DNA of 46,699 nt from Planctomycetota bacterium. GTDB taxonomy: Bacteria > Planctomycetota > UBA1135 > UBA2386. Of this stretch, positions 45,913 through 46,699 are shown one piece after another (positions within the stretch are counted from its first letter, which is position 1; every line of letters starts with the position of its first letter). Location of the stretch: the NCBI GenBank assembly GCA_041164325.1, contig JBEAPQ010000009.1, positions 1 through 46,699 of the forward strand, in the 5' to 3' direction. The position numbers were made by a program, and so were the translations under genes. The notes under the pieces were generated by a model. It searched no databases. It had not been told where the DNA came from and saw nothing but the letters and a program-made list of their open reading frames with translations.

Positions 45913-46699
45913 CGAGCCTCCAGAGCTCCTCGGATGTGCCGCGCGACCTCAGCGGCCAGCGCTGCGGAGCCTTCCTTCGTGAAGTGCACGTCGACCGGCT
46001 TCTGCAGCTCGGCGAGGCGCGGGGCCGCAAAGGCGTAGAGGTCGTCGATCGGGATGCCGTGCTCGGCGACGACGCGGCGAGCGATCGCGTTGTAGAGCCC
46101 GGCATCCTCGACATCCCGGTGCGGCCTGACGCTGCCCGCTGGGACGGGCGTGGTCGTCGCGAAGATCAGCTTCGACCCCGTCTGCGCGAGCCGCGCGACG
46201 ATCCGTCGGAGCTGGGCTTCGTAGACCTCCGGATCTGCTTGGCGGGCGTGGTTCGGGTCCGGCGACGGCGCCCCGGTGTCGGGATGCACGCGCTTCAGGT
46301 CGTGGAGTCCGAAGTTGAAGTGGATCACGTCCCAGCCCCCACCCGCGTGGGCGAGCCAGCGGTCGAGATGCTCGACGCCGTAGGTCGTCCCCTGGCAGTT
46401 CTCGGGGCGGCCTCTGGTGTCGACCGGTCGATACGTCGCACAGCTTTCGCCGAGGATCGTCCGCAGATGCGGGAGATATCCGATGGAGATCGAATCCCCG
46501 AGGATCAGGACCCGGGGACGGTCTCCCGGGGCGCGGACCGGGACCCGGGCGCCGACATCGGCGAGGTGTCGGTGGAGGGCGGTCGAAAGGCGCTGGACGA
46601 CCGCTGGGCGCTCCTCCGCGAGGTCCTTGGTCTCACCCGGGTCCGCGGCCAGGTCGTAGAGCTCGTGGCTCGAGTCCTCGTAGCGCTCGATCAGCTTCA
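45909..46699 (-). CDS. SGNH/GDSL hydrolase domain fused in frame to a sulfatase-like C-terminal tail; the 5' end lies outside the window
   Basis: My own translation of the minus strand beyond the ORF-track start (46328) stays open to the window end. It reads KLIERYEDSSHELYDLAADPGETKDLAEERPAVVQRLSTALHRHL...PRVLILGDSISIGY...VIHFNFGLHD.... The GDS block (46491..46499) lies upstream of any in-frame ATG, GTG or TTG. Confidence 0.65.
   Translation of the reverse strand, partial: KLIERYEDSSHELYDLAADPGETKDLAEERPAVVQRLSTALHRHLADVGARVPVRAPGDRPRVLILGDSISIGYLPHLRTILGESCATYRPVDTRGRPENCQGTTYGVEHLDRWLAHAGGGWDVIHFNFGLHDLKRVHPDTGAPSPDPNHARQADPEVYEAQLRRIVARLAQTGSKLIFATTTPVPAGSVRPHRDVEDAGLYNAIARRVVAEHGIPIDDLYAFAAPRLAELQKPVDVHFTKEGSAALAAEVARHIRGALEAR

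Overview
This is a very GC-rich (about 70% G+C by eye), densely coding chromosomal stretch. I found no rRNA, tRNA, CRISPR array, transposase or integrase. The gene content looks planctomycete-like, which is an inference from three things: a DUF1553/DUF1501 pair, several sulfatases, and many lipoprotein or secreted hydrolases. About 37 genes can be supported. They fall into these groups:

- **Left edge:** DUF1553/DUF1501 pair and a CBS-domain protein.
- **Peptidases:** S9 DPP-IV-like, a tandem S51 cyanophycinase-like protein, M3 Dcp, and an M19 dipeptidase coupled to a sodium:solute symporter.
- **Two-component signalling:** two hybrid histidine kinase loci. One forms a cluster of Cache-HK, CheY, an H-box-REC-PP2C protein and a STAS protein.
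- **Unknown-function pairs:** a CxxCH protein with an SGNH hydrolase, and a DUF2868 membrane protein with a DUF3482-type GTPase.
- **Housekeeping string:** rph-rdgB-lepA-[sulfatase]-lepB-lptB.
- **Right edge:** a class-B (B12-binding) radical SAM enzyme, then a glycan-degradation operon of a sulfatase-tail/SGNH fusion and a GH17 enzyme.

Many gene junctions overlap by 1-4 nt (ATGA, GTGA, TGATG). The high GC content produces many long spurious ORFs antisense to or overlapping real genes, and I rejected those.

The most interesting items are the DUF2868/GTPase module, the phosphorelay-to-PP2C/STAS cluster that lacks a partner kinase or sigma factor, the secreted tandem S51 protein, the in-frame sulfatase-SGNH fusion, and the orphan B12 radical SAM gene. 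All family assignments come from motif reading of the supplied translations. No database search was run.
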